Shown piece by piece: positions 20,893 through 30,801 of a DNA stretch of 64,000 nucleotides (position 1 is the stretch's first letter; the number at the start of each line of letters is the position of its first letter). The stretch is from positions 9,539 to 73,538 of the forward strand of contig ONPA01000192.1 of the NCBI GenBank assembly GCA_900319575.1, written 5' to 3'. The notes under the pieces are model-generated. The model searched no databases. It was not told the origin of the DNA and saw only the letters and a list, made by a program, of their open reading frames with translations. A program made the translations under genes and the position numbers. The stretch is from an uncultured Desulfovibrio sp. Lineage in GTDB: Bacteria > Desulfobacterota > Desulfovibrionia > Desulfovibrionales > Desulfovibrionaceae.

Positions 20893-22335
20893 CTACTGGG
20901 CAAGCGGCGGGGTCATGCCGTGGAAGAAGAGCCACGAGATGAACAGGCCGATCCAGATGATGAAGCCGAAGAGGCAGACGATGTACACAATGGCCAGGCG
21001 GCCGATGCCTTCCTCAAGCAGCTTTCTGAAGTTGGAAATCATGCCGATGGAGAAGAAGGTCAGCAGGAAGAAGAGCGTACGCAGACCGTTGATGGGACCG
21101 GAAATCTGCGCAGCGGTCTTGTGCAGATCGGGACTGACGATGCAGATGCCAAGCATGATCAGGAAGGTGATAACGTAGCCGAGAACGAAGCGGGGGAAAC
21201 GATCCCACACATCGCCCCAGCTCATGGCGCGGCCCTTCTTGGCCTCAGGATCGAAGTGCTTCGTCCAGATGTAGGCCAGAACGAAGGCCCACACGCCGAT
21301 GAACATATCAATGAAGATCTTGACCGTGGTGGTGACCATCTGGATCCAGCCGGGTTCCCAGTTGGTGCCATTGCCGGCAGCCTTGGTCAGAATGAGGGAT
21401 TCGGTGATGGCACCGGAAGCGATGGCACCGCCGTCAGACTTAACAGCGAGGCCCATCCAGCCGCCGGCCACCATCGGCTCATTGCCGAGGAAGTAGGAAG
21501 CAACGAAAGGCAGGAGCAGCATTTCGATGCAGGTGAACACGACAACGAGGGAGGAAACCATGATCGGGACGATCGGGCGGGCACGGATGGCGCCGCCGGT
21601 GGCGATGGCAGCGGAAACGCCGCAGATGGAAATACCGGAGGCGAGAGGCGCAGCCCATTCCTTGTTGAATTTAAAGAACTTACGGGCAACGTAATACACG
21701 AAGGCCCAGTACAGGAGGTAGGCTTCAACGATGGCGCAGAGGCCTCGGAAAATAACGACACCGGCGAAGCCGGCTGCGGAAGCGGCCTTCACGCCGAGTT
21801 CGCAGCCGAGGATGACGATGGCGATTTTCACGAAAAGTTCCGGACGGCAGGCCTCGTGGAGATACTCAACCACGCTGGGGAACAGGTTGCCGATGATGAT
21901 GCCCACAATCAGGGCGACAATCAGGCCGGCTTCGGTGCTGAGACCGAGAGCCCACGGAACGCCCATCTTGGCGATCTGGGTGGGGTTGGCGGCGATATAA
22001 GCGTTGGCGCCGATGACGTAGCAGCAGATGGCGATGAAGTACACGACCGTGAAGGCAATGATGAAACGGAAGACATTGCCCCTCATGAGCTTAATGCCCA
22101 CGGCCAGCATAACGGTCACGAAGACATATGTGCAGATAAGAGCCTGCCAGCCTTCCATGTATCCCTTATGGGCGGCCTTGAAGCACTTCATGGGGTCTCC
22201 GACCCACATGCCCATTTTGCAAATCCAGCCGATAAGGTCGACGCCCCAAAAATAGGCCATACCAAGGAGGAAAATAAAACCGCCTATCAAGCAGGCGACT
22301 CTATCCTCGTTGAGACCCTGAGATTGGTTAGCCAT
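20893..22335 (-). CDS. YeiH/UPF0324 putative sulfate-exporter family transporter
   Basis: Polytopic membrane protein with ASGISICGVSAAIA and FPRFVLGY; start ATG 22335 (MANQSQG). Confidence 0.85.
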   Translation of the reverse strand: MANQSQGLNEDRVACLIGGFIFLLGMAYFWGVDLIGWICKMGMWVGDPMKCFKAAHKGYMEGWQALICTYVFVTVMLAVGIKLMRGNVFRFIIAFTVVYFIAICCYVIGANAYIAANPTQIAKMGVPWALGLSTEAGLIVALIVGIIIGNLFPSVVEYLHEACRPELFVKIAIVILGCELGVKAASAAGFAGVVIFRGLCAIVEAYLLYWAFVYYVARKFFKFNKEWAAPLASGISICGVSAAIATGGAIRARPIVPIMVSSLVVVFTCIEMLLLPFVASYFLGNEPMVAGGWMGLAVKSDGGAIASGAITESLILTKAAGNGTNWEPGWIQMVTTTVKIFIDMFIGVWAFVLAYIWTKHFDPEAKKGRAMSWGDVWDRFPRFVLGYVITFLIMLGICIVSPDLHKTAAQISGPINGLRTLFFLLTFFSIGMISNFRKLLEEGIGRLAIVYIVCLFGFIIWIGLFISWLFFHGMTPPLAQ

Positions 22336-22543
22336 AACCAAGATCCTCACTCTTCTAAGATGTTGAACCATCCGCCGGGCTCCGCGTCACGGAAATCCGG
22401 CGATCCCTAGACCAAAACGTCTGTATTGTCTGCCTCAGCCCTTCTTCTTCAGACTTTCCGCCACACAGTGGGAAAATCCTCCGACACCTCCGGCGCCTTC
22501 CTCAAAACGCCGGAAAGAGGCCGGTACAGACCACTTTGAAAAA

Positions 22544-22572
22544 GTTATACCTCTGCTTGAGGTTTTAAGCAA
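22544..22572 (-). promoter_or_regulatory. Sigma70-type promoter for the YeiH operon
   Basis: Minus strand TTGCTT-17 nt-TATAAC in an AT-rich patch. Confidence 0.55.
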
Positions 22573-22840
22573 TATAGTGAAATACTAAGTTTTGTTTCTT
22601 ACCACACTGACAGCCTGAAAGGGATATTTTCTTTTGCAGGCCCGTCCGCGGCTCTCCGGCGCGCGTTCAGGGAAAGGCGGTTCCGGCCGCGCAGGCAGCG
22701 GAAGACGGGAACACTCCGTTTTTCAGTAGAAAAAGGGGCTGCACAAAAAACAGACGGAAAAACGTAAAGAGGCCAGGCGTACGGGACAGCCCCCGCGCAC
22801 CTGGCCTCTGCTTTCTTCAACGATGCGCTTTCGCCCGGGG

Positions 22841-25800
22841 TTACTGCAGGAGAGCCAGGAGCTCTTCCTCGGAGAGCGACTTCACGCTGGAGGACGTCCC
22901 CTCCAGGAAGTCGGCGGCAAGCTCGCGCTTCTTATCGTGTATATTCAGGATTTTCTCTTCCACGCTTCCGGCCATGACAAGGCGGTAAATAGTCACGGGC
23001 CGTTTCTGCCCCATTCTGTGGGCACGGTCCGAGGCCTGATCCTCCACGGCCGGGTTCCACCAGGGATCGAGATGGATGACGTAGTCCGCGGCCGTCAGGT
23101 TAATGCCCGTGCCGCCGGCCTTGAGGGAGAGCAGGAACACATCCCCCTCTCCGGCCTGGAAGGCAGCTACGCGCGCACGGCGCTCCTTTTCCGGCGTAGC
23201 TCCGTCAAGGTACTGATAGGAAATCCTTCTCTCCTTAAGAGCGTCTCCGATGACGGCCAGATAGCTCGTAAACTGGCTGAACGCCAGGACCTTGTGACCG
23301 CCGGCTATGAGATCGCCGACAATTTCCAGAAAGCGCGCGGTCTTGGAGCTTTCCTTCTCCATGGCTGCCATATCGGGATCGGCAAGCGCCGGGTGGCAGC
23401 AGATGCGCCGGAGTTTCATCAGATATTTCAGGATGGTGAAGCGCCGGCTCTTCTCATCGCCTTCCTGGATCGCCTTGACGGCTCCGCGGCGCACGCTCTC
23501 GTAGAAAGCCACTTCCTTCTGGTTGGGTTCGACCACAAGAGTCTGTTCCGTACGCGGAGGCAGTTCGTCCAGAACGGCGCTCTTCAGACGCCGCAGGATA
23601 AAGGGCCGGATCATGGAACGCAGGGTCTTTGAAGCCGCGGTTCCGGGTTCAGCGCTGCCGAAACGGCTGTGGAAATACTCCCATCCGCCGAGGAGGCCGG
23701 GATTGATAATATGGAAAATGCTCCACAGGTCCTCTATGCGGTTTTCGATGGGTGTCCCAGTCAGGGCCACCCTGAAGTCCGCGGGGATCCGGTGCGCCGC
23801 AGCGGCGCGTTTCGTATGCGCGTTTTTGAGAGCCTGCGCCTCGTCGAAAACAAGCATGGACCAGGTCTGCTTCACCAGCAGATCCGAGACGAAGGTCAGA
23901 AGACCGTACCCCAGAATCAGCACCTCGCCCGCTGCCATATCCGTCACTGTCTTCTCGCGGTCCGTTGTGCCCATGCGTTTCACGGTAAGAGAAGGAGCGA
24001 AGCGGCCAATTTCGTCTTCCCAGTTGGCGCAGACCGAGGTGGGACAGACAATGAGCACAGGCCCCTTCTTCGCCTGGTTGAGCATGACCGCGATGGTCTG
24101 CACAGTCTTGCCGAGGCCCATATCGTCAGCGAGGCAGGCGCCCACGCCCCAGATAGCCAGGCGCTGCATCCATTCGTAGCCTTCCTTCTGGTAATCGCGC
24201 AGTTCCGCCCTGAGCAGCGAAGGCACCTGGGGCGACGAGGCGAAGGCCTCCTGCATGCGCTCCCGGCTGGCCGTCCACGCCTCATCGGCCTCGACGTCCA
24301 TGCCCTCCAGAACCTTGTCCAGGCTGCCGGCCGTGATGGGGTCAACTTCGAGCGCCCTGCCCTTATCCCTCGCCATGAGCCTGAGGCTTGAGAGATGCCG
24401 GCGCAGCTCTTCGGTCAGCGCCACGTACTCACCATTGCCGAGAGAAACAAAGCGGCTGTCCTTCAGCGATTTCAGAAATTTTTCCATGGAAAGGAAATTC
24501 TTTTCATCGAGCTGCACCGTGCCGGAAAACGCAAACCAGTCCTGGGAATTCTTGCGGATGGTCACGTGCATGCTGGCCGGCCCTATGGTGCGGCGCACGC
24601 GCAGCCCGGCCCCTCTGGGCCATTCCACGGTATTGGGCACGGTCGACGATTTCAGCTGTTCGAGGAGCTCAAGCACGTCCTCAGGCTTCTGGCTGAACCA
24701 CTTGTGTTTCTCGAGGTTTTCCTCCAGAGCGGAGCAGTCATTGATCAGGGAGGCCAGAGCCTCCTTCTCGGCTTCGAAATCCCTGTGCGTCTTCACGGGC
24801 CTCGTCATTTCCGGAATGCCGGCCGCGTCTCCCTGGGGCGACACGGCCGCGATGGGCGTCTCAACGCCCTCACCCGTGGGGTAGAAGGGCGTGCCCGGCT
24901 GACCAAAGGGCCGTACGCCGATGCGGGCCGCAAAGGAAGTCTCCTTCTGCTCGAGCTGGATAACGGGTGTAGATACCGTCGCGACCTCTTCGGTCTCGAG
25001 ATCGGCCTTCAGGGGAATGTTCTCCCCAACGCGCACCTTGGCTAACAGCTCCGGCAGTTCCGACCTCGGAAAATCAAGAGCCTGGCTCAGAAGTTCCAGA
25101 ACCTTCTTCTGTTTTTCGGTAAGCCGGTAGTAGACAAAGGCTCCATCCACATATGTGATAAACAGGGTCTTCCCGGGAGTCTCCAGAAAATCCTCAAGAT
25201 CGGGAGATTCGCGGATATCCCTGTTTCCTATGGAAAGGCGGCACTGTGTCTCGTTCCTGTCACCAAGGGACAGTTCCAGATGCCCCTCCCGCACCGATGA
25301 AGGCTCCGCATCACTGCCTTTATCCCCCGCAAAGATGAGAGGATGCCCGTCCAGAGCCCCACAGGCGAGCTCCAGCGGGAGAGAAAACGTCCCTTTCCCC
25401 CAGCCGTCCCTGATGCTGCAGCTCGCGATAGCCCTGTCCTGATCCGTATACCAGGGCACGGACTGTCCGTTTTCCCGCATTTTACCGAGGGAGACGGCAC
25501 GGCCCTTTGACCAGGAGTGCCCCCTCCAGACCTGTTCCACAGGCGTCACGGAACGGCTTCTGAGATCGATAAACCAGCACAGACGGCGCTCCCTGCTTTT
25601 CGAACCCGATCCCTCCGCCGTTCCGCTCAGTATATTTTCCAGGGCGGACAGGCGCAGTTTCCATTCCGGGCTGGGAGTGACGATTTCGGAAAAATTGAAG
25701 AGCCCCCTTTCTTCCGCCGTGCGCGCGTACTGGCCGCGCTCTCCGTCAGGAAGAACAGCATACAGCAGATCGGCGAAAAAGCGCCGCAGGAAAGGCAGGC

Positions 25801-27025
25801 CTTCTGCCTTCCAGTACCAGAGTCTGAGCTCCTCCACATCATCCTTTCCGGCCAGGCCGAGACGGATGCGGGTGCCCTCAAAGATGAGGACAGACAGAAA
25901 ACTGGCATCGCGGGCAGACCTGAACGACACCAAATCCCTGGCCTTCTGGACATCGCCGCTTCTCAGATAATCCAGCGCCAGTATGGCGCGGAAACCCGGC
26001 TCGCCATAAACAGCTGCCTTTGCTCCCATAACCGAAGAAGTGTTGATGGCGAAAAGCTCCTGCCGCAGCGCTTTATGCTGCGTTTCAGAGCCATAAAGAA
26101 AAAGAGACAGGGCGCGGAAGAGCCCGATGTTCATGCCGAAGCGCAGGGCTCCTTTCGCGGAGGTCTTCTTCCTGTAGAGACGGGCAACCTCCTCAAAACA
26201 CTCCAGGGCCCTTTTTTGCCTGTTCAGAAAGAGTTCCATGCCTTCGAGGATACAGGCATGCACGGAATCCTCCTGGTAAAGCTTGCGCTCCCTGGCGATG
26301 ACTTCACGCATTTCGGTGAATTTTCCCGCCCAGAGCAGAACGGAGGCGTGAACGGGGTAAGAGGAGTGATCGGCCTTCTGCAGCTTTCCGTCCATCCAGG
26401 CTGTCACTGCCGGAGCAAAAGCCGTGTTCAGGGCATTATCGTAATAAAGGGAAATGGCCATGTCTTCGAAAAGCATGGCCTGCAGATAGGGAGCAAGACC
26501 GGCATACCATTCTCTGTCAATATCCGAACTCTCAATATGAGTGATGCGCTGATCCAGGAAAAATGCATCGCGGCAGCGCTCCCTGTATACCTCGGGGCTG
26601 TTCTGATAGAGGGCTGCAATCTGGGACAGGCCGCAGGCAACAGGGTGCATCCTGCATACGCTTTCTGTGCAGAAATTCCTCAGAAAGACCGCAGTTTCCG
26701 GAGAATTAGCCGCTTCCTTTGAGAGGACGAAGCGCGCAGCCGGCAGCATTCCGGAATTCAGGCCAAAAGCGTAGAAAGCCCCCTTCTTCTGCAGTGACCT
26801 GCGCCATACCGGCAGATCCCTGGGGGAATACACGCGGGGAGGAAGCGCGTTGTTGCTGCTCAGGATATCAAAAAGCATGCTCTCATCGTCATTCATAGGG
26901 CAGAGCAGCGCATCGAAAAAAAGGAAAAGCCTGTCCTTGCGCGACAAATCATAAAGACCGTTTTTGACAAAAGATTCCGTAACGCCGTCTGCGGTCTGAT
27001 TGCTGTCTTCCACCGAAAACTCCAT
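22841..27025 (-). CDS. SNF2-family helicase with long N-terminal region
   Basis: LADDMGLGKT, DEAQ, LTGTPIEN, LSLKAGGTGINLT, DPWWNP, QASDRAHRMGQ; start uncertain (ATG 27025 chosen). Confidence 0.9.
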   Translation of the reverse strand: MEFSVEDSNQTADGVTESFVKNGLYDLSRKDRLFLFFDALLCPMNDDESMLFDILSSNNALPPRVYSPRDLPVWRRSLQKKGAFYAFGLNSGMLPAARFVLSKEAANSPETAVFLRNFCTESVCRMHPVACGLSQIAALYQNSPEVYRERCRDAFFLDQRITHIESSDIDREWYAGLAPYLQAMLFEDMAISLYYDNALNTAFAPAVTAWMDGKLQKADHSSYPVHASVLLWAGKFTEMREVIARERKLYQEDSVHACILEGMELFLNRQKRALECFEEVARLYRKKTSAKGALRFGMNIGLFRALSLFLYGSETQHKALRQELFAINTSSVMGAKAAVYGEPGFRAILALDYLRSGDVQKARDLVSFRSARDASFLSVLIFEGTRIRLGLAGKDDVEELRLWYWKAEGLPFLRRFFADLLYAVLPDGERGQYARTAEERGLFNFSEIVTPSPEWKLRLSALENILSGTAEGSGSKSRERRLCWFIDLRSRSVTPVEQVWRGHSWSKGRAVSLGKMRENGQSVPWYTDQDRAIASCSIRDGWGKGTFSLPLELACGALDGHPLIFAGDKGSDAEPSSVREGHLELSLGDRNETQCRLSIGNRDIRESPDLEDFLETPGKTLFITYVDGAFVYYRLTEKQKKVLELLSQALDFPRSELPELLAKVRVGENIPLKADLETEEVATVSTPVIQLEQKETSFAARIGVRPFGQPGTPFYPTGEGVETPIAAVSPQGDAAGIPEMTRPVKTHRDFEAEKEALASLINDCSALEENLEKHKWFSQKPEDVLELLEQLKSSTVPNTVEWPRGAGLRVRRTIGPASMHVTIRKNSQDWFAFSGTVQLDEKNFLSMEKFLKSLKDSRFVSLGNGEYVALTEELRRHLSSLRLMARDKGRALEVDPITAGSLDKVLEGMDVEADEAWTASRERMQEAFASSPQVPSLLRAELRDYQKEGYEWMQRLAIWGVGACLADDMGLGKTVQTIAVMLNQAKKGPVLIVCPTSVCANWEDEIGRFAPSLTVKRMGTTDREKTVTDMAAGEVLILGYGLLTFVSDLLVKQTWSMLVFDEAQALKNAHTKRAAAAHRIPADFRVALTGTPIENRIEDLWSIFHIINPGLLGGWEYFHSRFGSAEPGTAASKTLRSMIRPFILRRLKSAVLDELPPRTEQTLVVEPNQKEVAFYESVRRGAVKAIQEGDEKSRRFTILKYLMKLRRICCHPALADPDMAAMEKESSKTARFLEIVGDLIAGGHKVLAFSQFTSYLAVIGDALKERRISYQYLDGATPEKERRARVAAFQAGEGDVFLLSLKAGGTGINLTAADYVIHLDPWWNPAVEDQASDRAHRMGQKRPVTIYRLVMAGSVEEKILNIHDKKRELAADFLEGTSSSVKSLSEEELLALLQ

Positions 27026-27279
27026 GAACAAAACGTAAAAAACGCACCCTCCTCCGGGCAGATCAGGAGAAAGGAACAGTCTGCGTTCAGCCTTATCCTC
27101 TCTTAAGAAGAGCGTCAGAGAAACAGCGCCCCCGTTACACCGCTTACACGGCCGTATTCCTTTCCAGAGGCTTATCCGATTATGTAAATTCCTTTTAGAC
27201 ACCTCCCAGTCAAAACTCAAGGGGAAAGGCACTATTCCACCCTTGACGCACCACGCGCCACGGGAGCACAAAGTTCTGC

Positions 27280-28194
27280 ATGGACATGTTTCTCAAAATG
27301 CTTTCGCTTCTGGTCTTCATCCTGATTGGATACCTTGCCAAGCGGCTTGGAATAGTCAGGGAGCAGGCCATCAGCACGCTTTCCATAATTATCCTCGACT
27401 TCACCCTGCCCTGCACCATCATCCGGAATTTCAACGGCGTGTTTCCGGATCCGCATGTCTTCACGCTGCTCCTGCTCGGATTCCTGCTCAATTTTCTCTG
27501 TCTGGGTCTCGGCTGGCTCACAGGCGGCAGAGACAGGGACAGCCGCGGCTTCAGCATGATCAACATCTCCGGTTATAATATCGGCATGTTCGCCATGGCC
27601 TTCATCCAGAGCTTCTTTCCCCCTTCCATCTTCATCCTCGTCTGCCTCTGCGATGTCGGCAACGCCATCATGACCATGGGCGGCAACTACGCCGTAGCCG
27701 CCAGAGCCTGCCGCGCTCCCGGCATGAACGCAAAAAAAATGGCCGGCATCGTCCTCCGCTGCATAGGCTTTCACTGTTACATCATCCTGCTGCTCCTCTC
27801 CCTGCTCCACATAACCCTGCCTGACTGGTTCATAACGGCCATCAGCCCGGCGGCCATGGTAAATCCTTTCCTGTGCATGTTCATGGTCGGCCTCGGCCTG
27901 CGCTTTACCATGTCGAAAAGTTCCCTGCGCATTGTCAGCCGCACACTTCTTGTGCGCTACCTCTCGCACGCGATCCTCTGCTGTGCCGTCCTCTTCCTTC
28001 CTCTCGACCGCAAAATGATAGCGGCTCTCATCCTCTTTCTCCTCTCTCCGGTCTCCGGGCTCTGCCCCATTTACACCATGCGTCTCGTCCCGCACATGCT
28101 GGAGGACTCGGCCATCAACATCTGCGTCTCCATACTCATCAGCATCGGCCTCTTCATAGCTCTCATCCCTGCGCTCCTGCATTACGCCCTTTAG
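27280..28194 (+). CDS. AEC (auxin efflux carrier) family transporter
   Basis: About 10 TM helices; DFTLPC and GYNIGMFAMAF motifs. Confidence 0.8.
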   Translation: MDMFLKMLSLLVFILIGYLAKRLGIVREQAISTLSIIILDFTLPCTIIRNFNGVFPDPHVFTLLLLGFLLNFLCLGLGWLTGGRDRDSRGFSMINISGYNIGMFAMAFIQSFFPPSIFILVCLCDVGNAIMTMGGNYAVAARACRAPGMNAKKMAGIVLRCIGFHCYIILLLLSLLHITLPDWFITAISPAAMVNPFLCMFMVGLGLRFTMSKSSLRIVSRTLLVRYLSHAILCCAVLFLPLDRKMIAALILFLLSPVSGLCPIYTMRLVPHMLEDSAINICVSILISIGLFIALIPALLHYAL

Positions 28195-28363
28195 CCTGAA
28201 ACAGCGGAGACGCAGTCACGGAAGCACAGCCACGACTCACGGCTCAGCTGCCGTCCGGCGTCCTTTCTGCAGAATGGCTTGTCCGGCGTCTGCCAGTGGA
28301 CTAAACTTTTCATCAATCTCCCTCTTTTTTCACAGAAGATATTTCAGGGCCCGGGAGGCTTCC

Positions 28364-30478
28364 ATGAGCAGAGAATCTCAACAGTTTTCTCCTGAACTTC
28401 CAGAAGGCGCACGCCCAGTCGAATGGCTCGAGACAAACGGTCTCGGCGGTTACGCGTCAGGTACGGACTGCGCCTGCAACAGCCGCCGCTACCACGGCCT
28501 TCTCGTGATCAACCTGCCGGGCATAGGCCGCCATGTCCTCCTCTCCAATGTGGAGGACTGGCTTCTTGCCGGAGGGAAAAAATACGCTCTTTCAAGCCGC
28601 CGCCATCCCGGTGTTTACTACCCGGACGGACCGCGGTTCCAGACGGCCTTCGCGCCCTTCCCCTGTCCGTCCTTCACGTATGAGGCCGGCGGTTTCCGTG
28701 TTACCCGGGAGCTCATGCTCCTTCAGGGGCGGAATGTCCTTCTCATCCGGTACACGCTCGCCCGGACAGCGAGGAAAGGCCCGTCCTCGGCCTCCCTGCA
28801 GGTGGCCCCGCTCCTCGCCTTCCGCTCCTTCCACAGCCTGACCCACAAAAACGATGCCCTCTGCGGCAGCATTTCCCCCGCCTGCTCGGGCTTCTCTATC
28901 CATCCGTACAAAGAGCTGCCGCCCCTTACATTCCAGAGCGACGGCAATTTCACCTTCGTGTCCTCGCCTCTCTGGATCGAACGGGTGGAGTACACAGAAG
29001 AGGAAAGACGTGGATTCGACTTCAGCGAGGATCTCTTTCTGCCCGGCAGCTTCACTCTCAGCCTTCAGAACGGGGAAAGCGCCATTTTCGCGGTTTCTCC
29101 TGACGGAATAACGCCCGCTGACGGGGAACAGGTTCTTCTGAAGGGACGAACTCTCACGGCCCTCTGGGAAGAAGAGGAAAACCGCCGCCGCAGACTGCCG
29201 GCCAAAGCCTCCATACGCACCTATCTCGCCGCACAGAGCGGAGCTTTCCTGATTACGGATCCTTCCGGGCACGGCTCCGTTCTCGCCGGGTATCCCTGGT
29301 TCGACAGCTGGGGGCGGGATACCCTCATCGCCCTCCCCGGTACCGCCTTCCTGGCCGGACGCCGTGAACAGGGGAAAGCCATCCTTGACCGTATCGGAAG
29401 GAACCTGAGGGATGGCCGGGTGCCGAACACCTTCACCCCCGATGGCGCTCCCAAGGGAGATAACAGCGCTGACGCGTCTCTGGCCTTCGCCTGGTGCGCC
29501 CAGGAACTCATCTCATCCCTCTCCGGCAAAAAAGACTCAGCCCGGGAAAAGAAAGATCTGATGGCGGAATACCTTCCCGTCCTCTCCCAGATTATAGAAG
29601 CCTACGGTTCAGGCGGCGTCCCTCACGTCACCATGGACGAAGACGGCCTCCTCAGGGTGGGAACACCGGATACACAGCTCACCTGGATGGATGCTCAGGT
29701 CAGCGGCCATCCTGTCACGCCGCGCTGGGGCTGGCCCGTGGAGATCCAGGCTCTCTGGTTCAATACCCTTTCCTTTGCCAGACACGCCGCTAAAATCTGC
29801 GGCGCGGAGGTGCCGGGGCAGTCTCTGAATCTCGAGAACATGCGCAAAAGCTTCGCGCGCCGCTTTGTCATGCCCGATGGCACGCTCTGTGATGTCTGGC
29901 GCCCAGCCGGTGAGGGCGGACCGGATGCCAGCCTGCGCCCGAACCAGCTCTTTGCCATATCCCTTCCGTACAATATCCTCGAAATGCGCTACGCCGCGCC
30001 GGTGGTTGAGGCCGTTACCAGGGAACTGCTCACGCCGTACGGCCTGCGCACTCTCTCGAAGGACTCAAAACTCTTCAGGCCGGTCTATCAGGGCGGCCCC
30101 TCGGAGCGGGATGGAGCGTACCATCAGGGATGTGTCTGGCCCTGGCTCCTTGGCGCCTACGCGGATGCCCTCTTCAAGGTCGAGGCCTATATCTTCCGCG
30201 GCAGATCCAACGCCGGAGCCCGCATGGAAAAGGCAGTCTCCGGATTCCTCACGGAAATAACCCCGCTCTTCACCAAACATCTTACCGAAGCGTGTGTCGG
30301 GCATATTTCCGAGATCTTCTCTGCGACCGATCATTACTCTCCCGACGGGTGCGTTGCCCAGGCCTGGAGCGAAGGAGAAGTTCTGCGCGCGCTCTGCACA
30401 GCGAAGAAATGCTCTCCCGAGGCCTACGACCGCTGGGAAAGGAAACTGAAGATTGCCTCCGAACTGCTCCGCGGCTGA
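28364..30478 (+). CDS. Glycogen debranching enzyme (amylo-alpha-1,6-glucosidase)
   Basis: EWLETNGLGGYA, RRYHGLL, AGYPWFDSWGRD, LTWMDA, RPNQL, YHQGCVWPW, AQAWS; start ATG 28364 with GGAGG upstream. Confidence 0.9.
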   Translation: MSRESQQFSPELPEGARPVEWLETNGLGGYASGTDCACNSRRYHGLLVINLPGIGRHVLLSNVEDWLLAGGKKYALSSRRHPGVYYPDGPRFQTAFAPFPCPSFTYEAGGFRVTRELMLLQGRNVLLIRYTLARTARKGPSSASLQVAPLLAFRSFHSLTHKNDALCGSISPACSGFSIHPYKELPPLTFQSDGNFTFVSSPLWIERVEYTEEERRGFDFSEDLFLPGSFTLSLQNGESAIFAVSPDGITPADGEQVLLKGRTLTALWEEEENRRRRLPAKASIRTYLAAQSGAFLITDPSGHGSVLAGYPWFDSWGRDTLIALPGTAFLAGRREQGKAILDRIGRNLRDGRVPNTFTPDGAPKGDNSADASLAFAWCAQELISSLSGKKDSAREKKDLMAEYLPVLSQIIEAYGSGGVPHVTMDEDGLLRVGTPDTQLTWMDAQVSGHPVTPRWGWPVEIQALWFNTLSFARHAAKICGAEVPGQSLNLENMRKSFARRFVMPDGTLCDVWRPAGEGGPDASLRPNQLFAISLPYNILEMRYAAPVVEAVTRELLTPYGLRTLSKDSKLFRPVYQGGPSERDGAYHQGCVWPWLLGAYADALFKVEAYIFRGRSNAGARMEKAVSGFLTEITPLFTKHLTEACVGHISEIFSATDHYSPDGCVAQAWSEGEVLRALCTAKKCSPEAYDRWERKLKIASELLRG

Positions 30479-30538
30479 TCCCGTGAGGCGGGCCGGACAG
30501 GAAAAATCCATTTTTTGACACGAAAAACAGATTTTTCG

Positions 30539-30567
30539 TTGACAGATCTCCCTGTCTGGCGTATCAC
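30539..30567 (+). promoter_or_regulatory. Sigma70 promoter of the tRNA-Gln/tRNA-Glu pair
   Basis: TTGACA-17 nt-TATCAC just upstream of tRNA-Gln. Confidence 0.55.
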
Positions 30568-30585
30568 CTCTTTCGCGACAATTGT

Positions 30586-30660
30586 TGGGCTATCGTTCAA
30601 TTGGCAGGACACCGGATTCTGGCTCCGATAATCAAAGTTCGAGTCTTTGTAGCCCAGCCA
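30586..30660 (+). tRNA. tRNA-Gln (CTG)
   Basis: Acceptor TGGGCTA/TAGCCCA, anticodon loop TTCTGGC, T-loop GTTCGAG, encoded CCA. Confidence 0.95.
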
Positions 30661-30668
30661 CGCATTAC

Positions 30669-30745
30669 GTCCCCATCGTCTAGTCGGCCCAGGACACCGG
30701 CCTTTCACGCCGTCAACGGCGGTTCAAATCCGCCTGGGGACGCCA
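30669..30745 (+). tRNA. tRNA-Glu (TTC)
   Basis: Acceptor GTCCCCA/TGGGGAC, anticodon loop CTTTCAC, GTTCAAAT, encoded CCA. Confidence 0.95.
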
Positions 30746-30756
30746 AATCTGAATCT

Positions 30757-30801
30757 AAAGGAACGCCAAAGTGCTAAGCATTTTGGCGTTCCTTTTTTTT
30801 T
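30757..30801 (+). terminator. Intrinsic terminator after the tRNA pair
   Basis: AAAGGAACGCCAAAGTGC-TAA-GCATTTTGGCGTTCCTTT followed by a T tract. Confidence 0.85.

Noticed and set aside
22708-22724. 14-nt match ACACTCCGTTTTTC shared with the upp terminator loop
   Set aside because: Short, with unrelated flanks; likely chance.
27163-27190. dif-like site (TTATGTAAATT resembles a XerD arm)
   Set aside because: No XerC arm ending in ATAA at the correct spacing.
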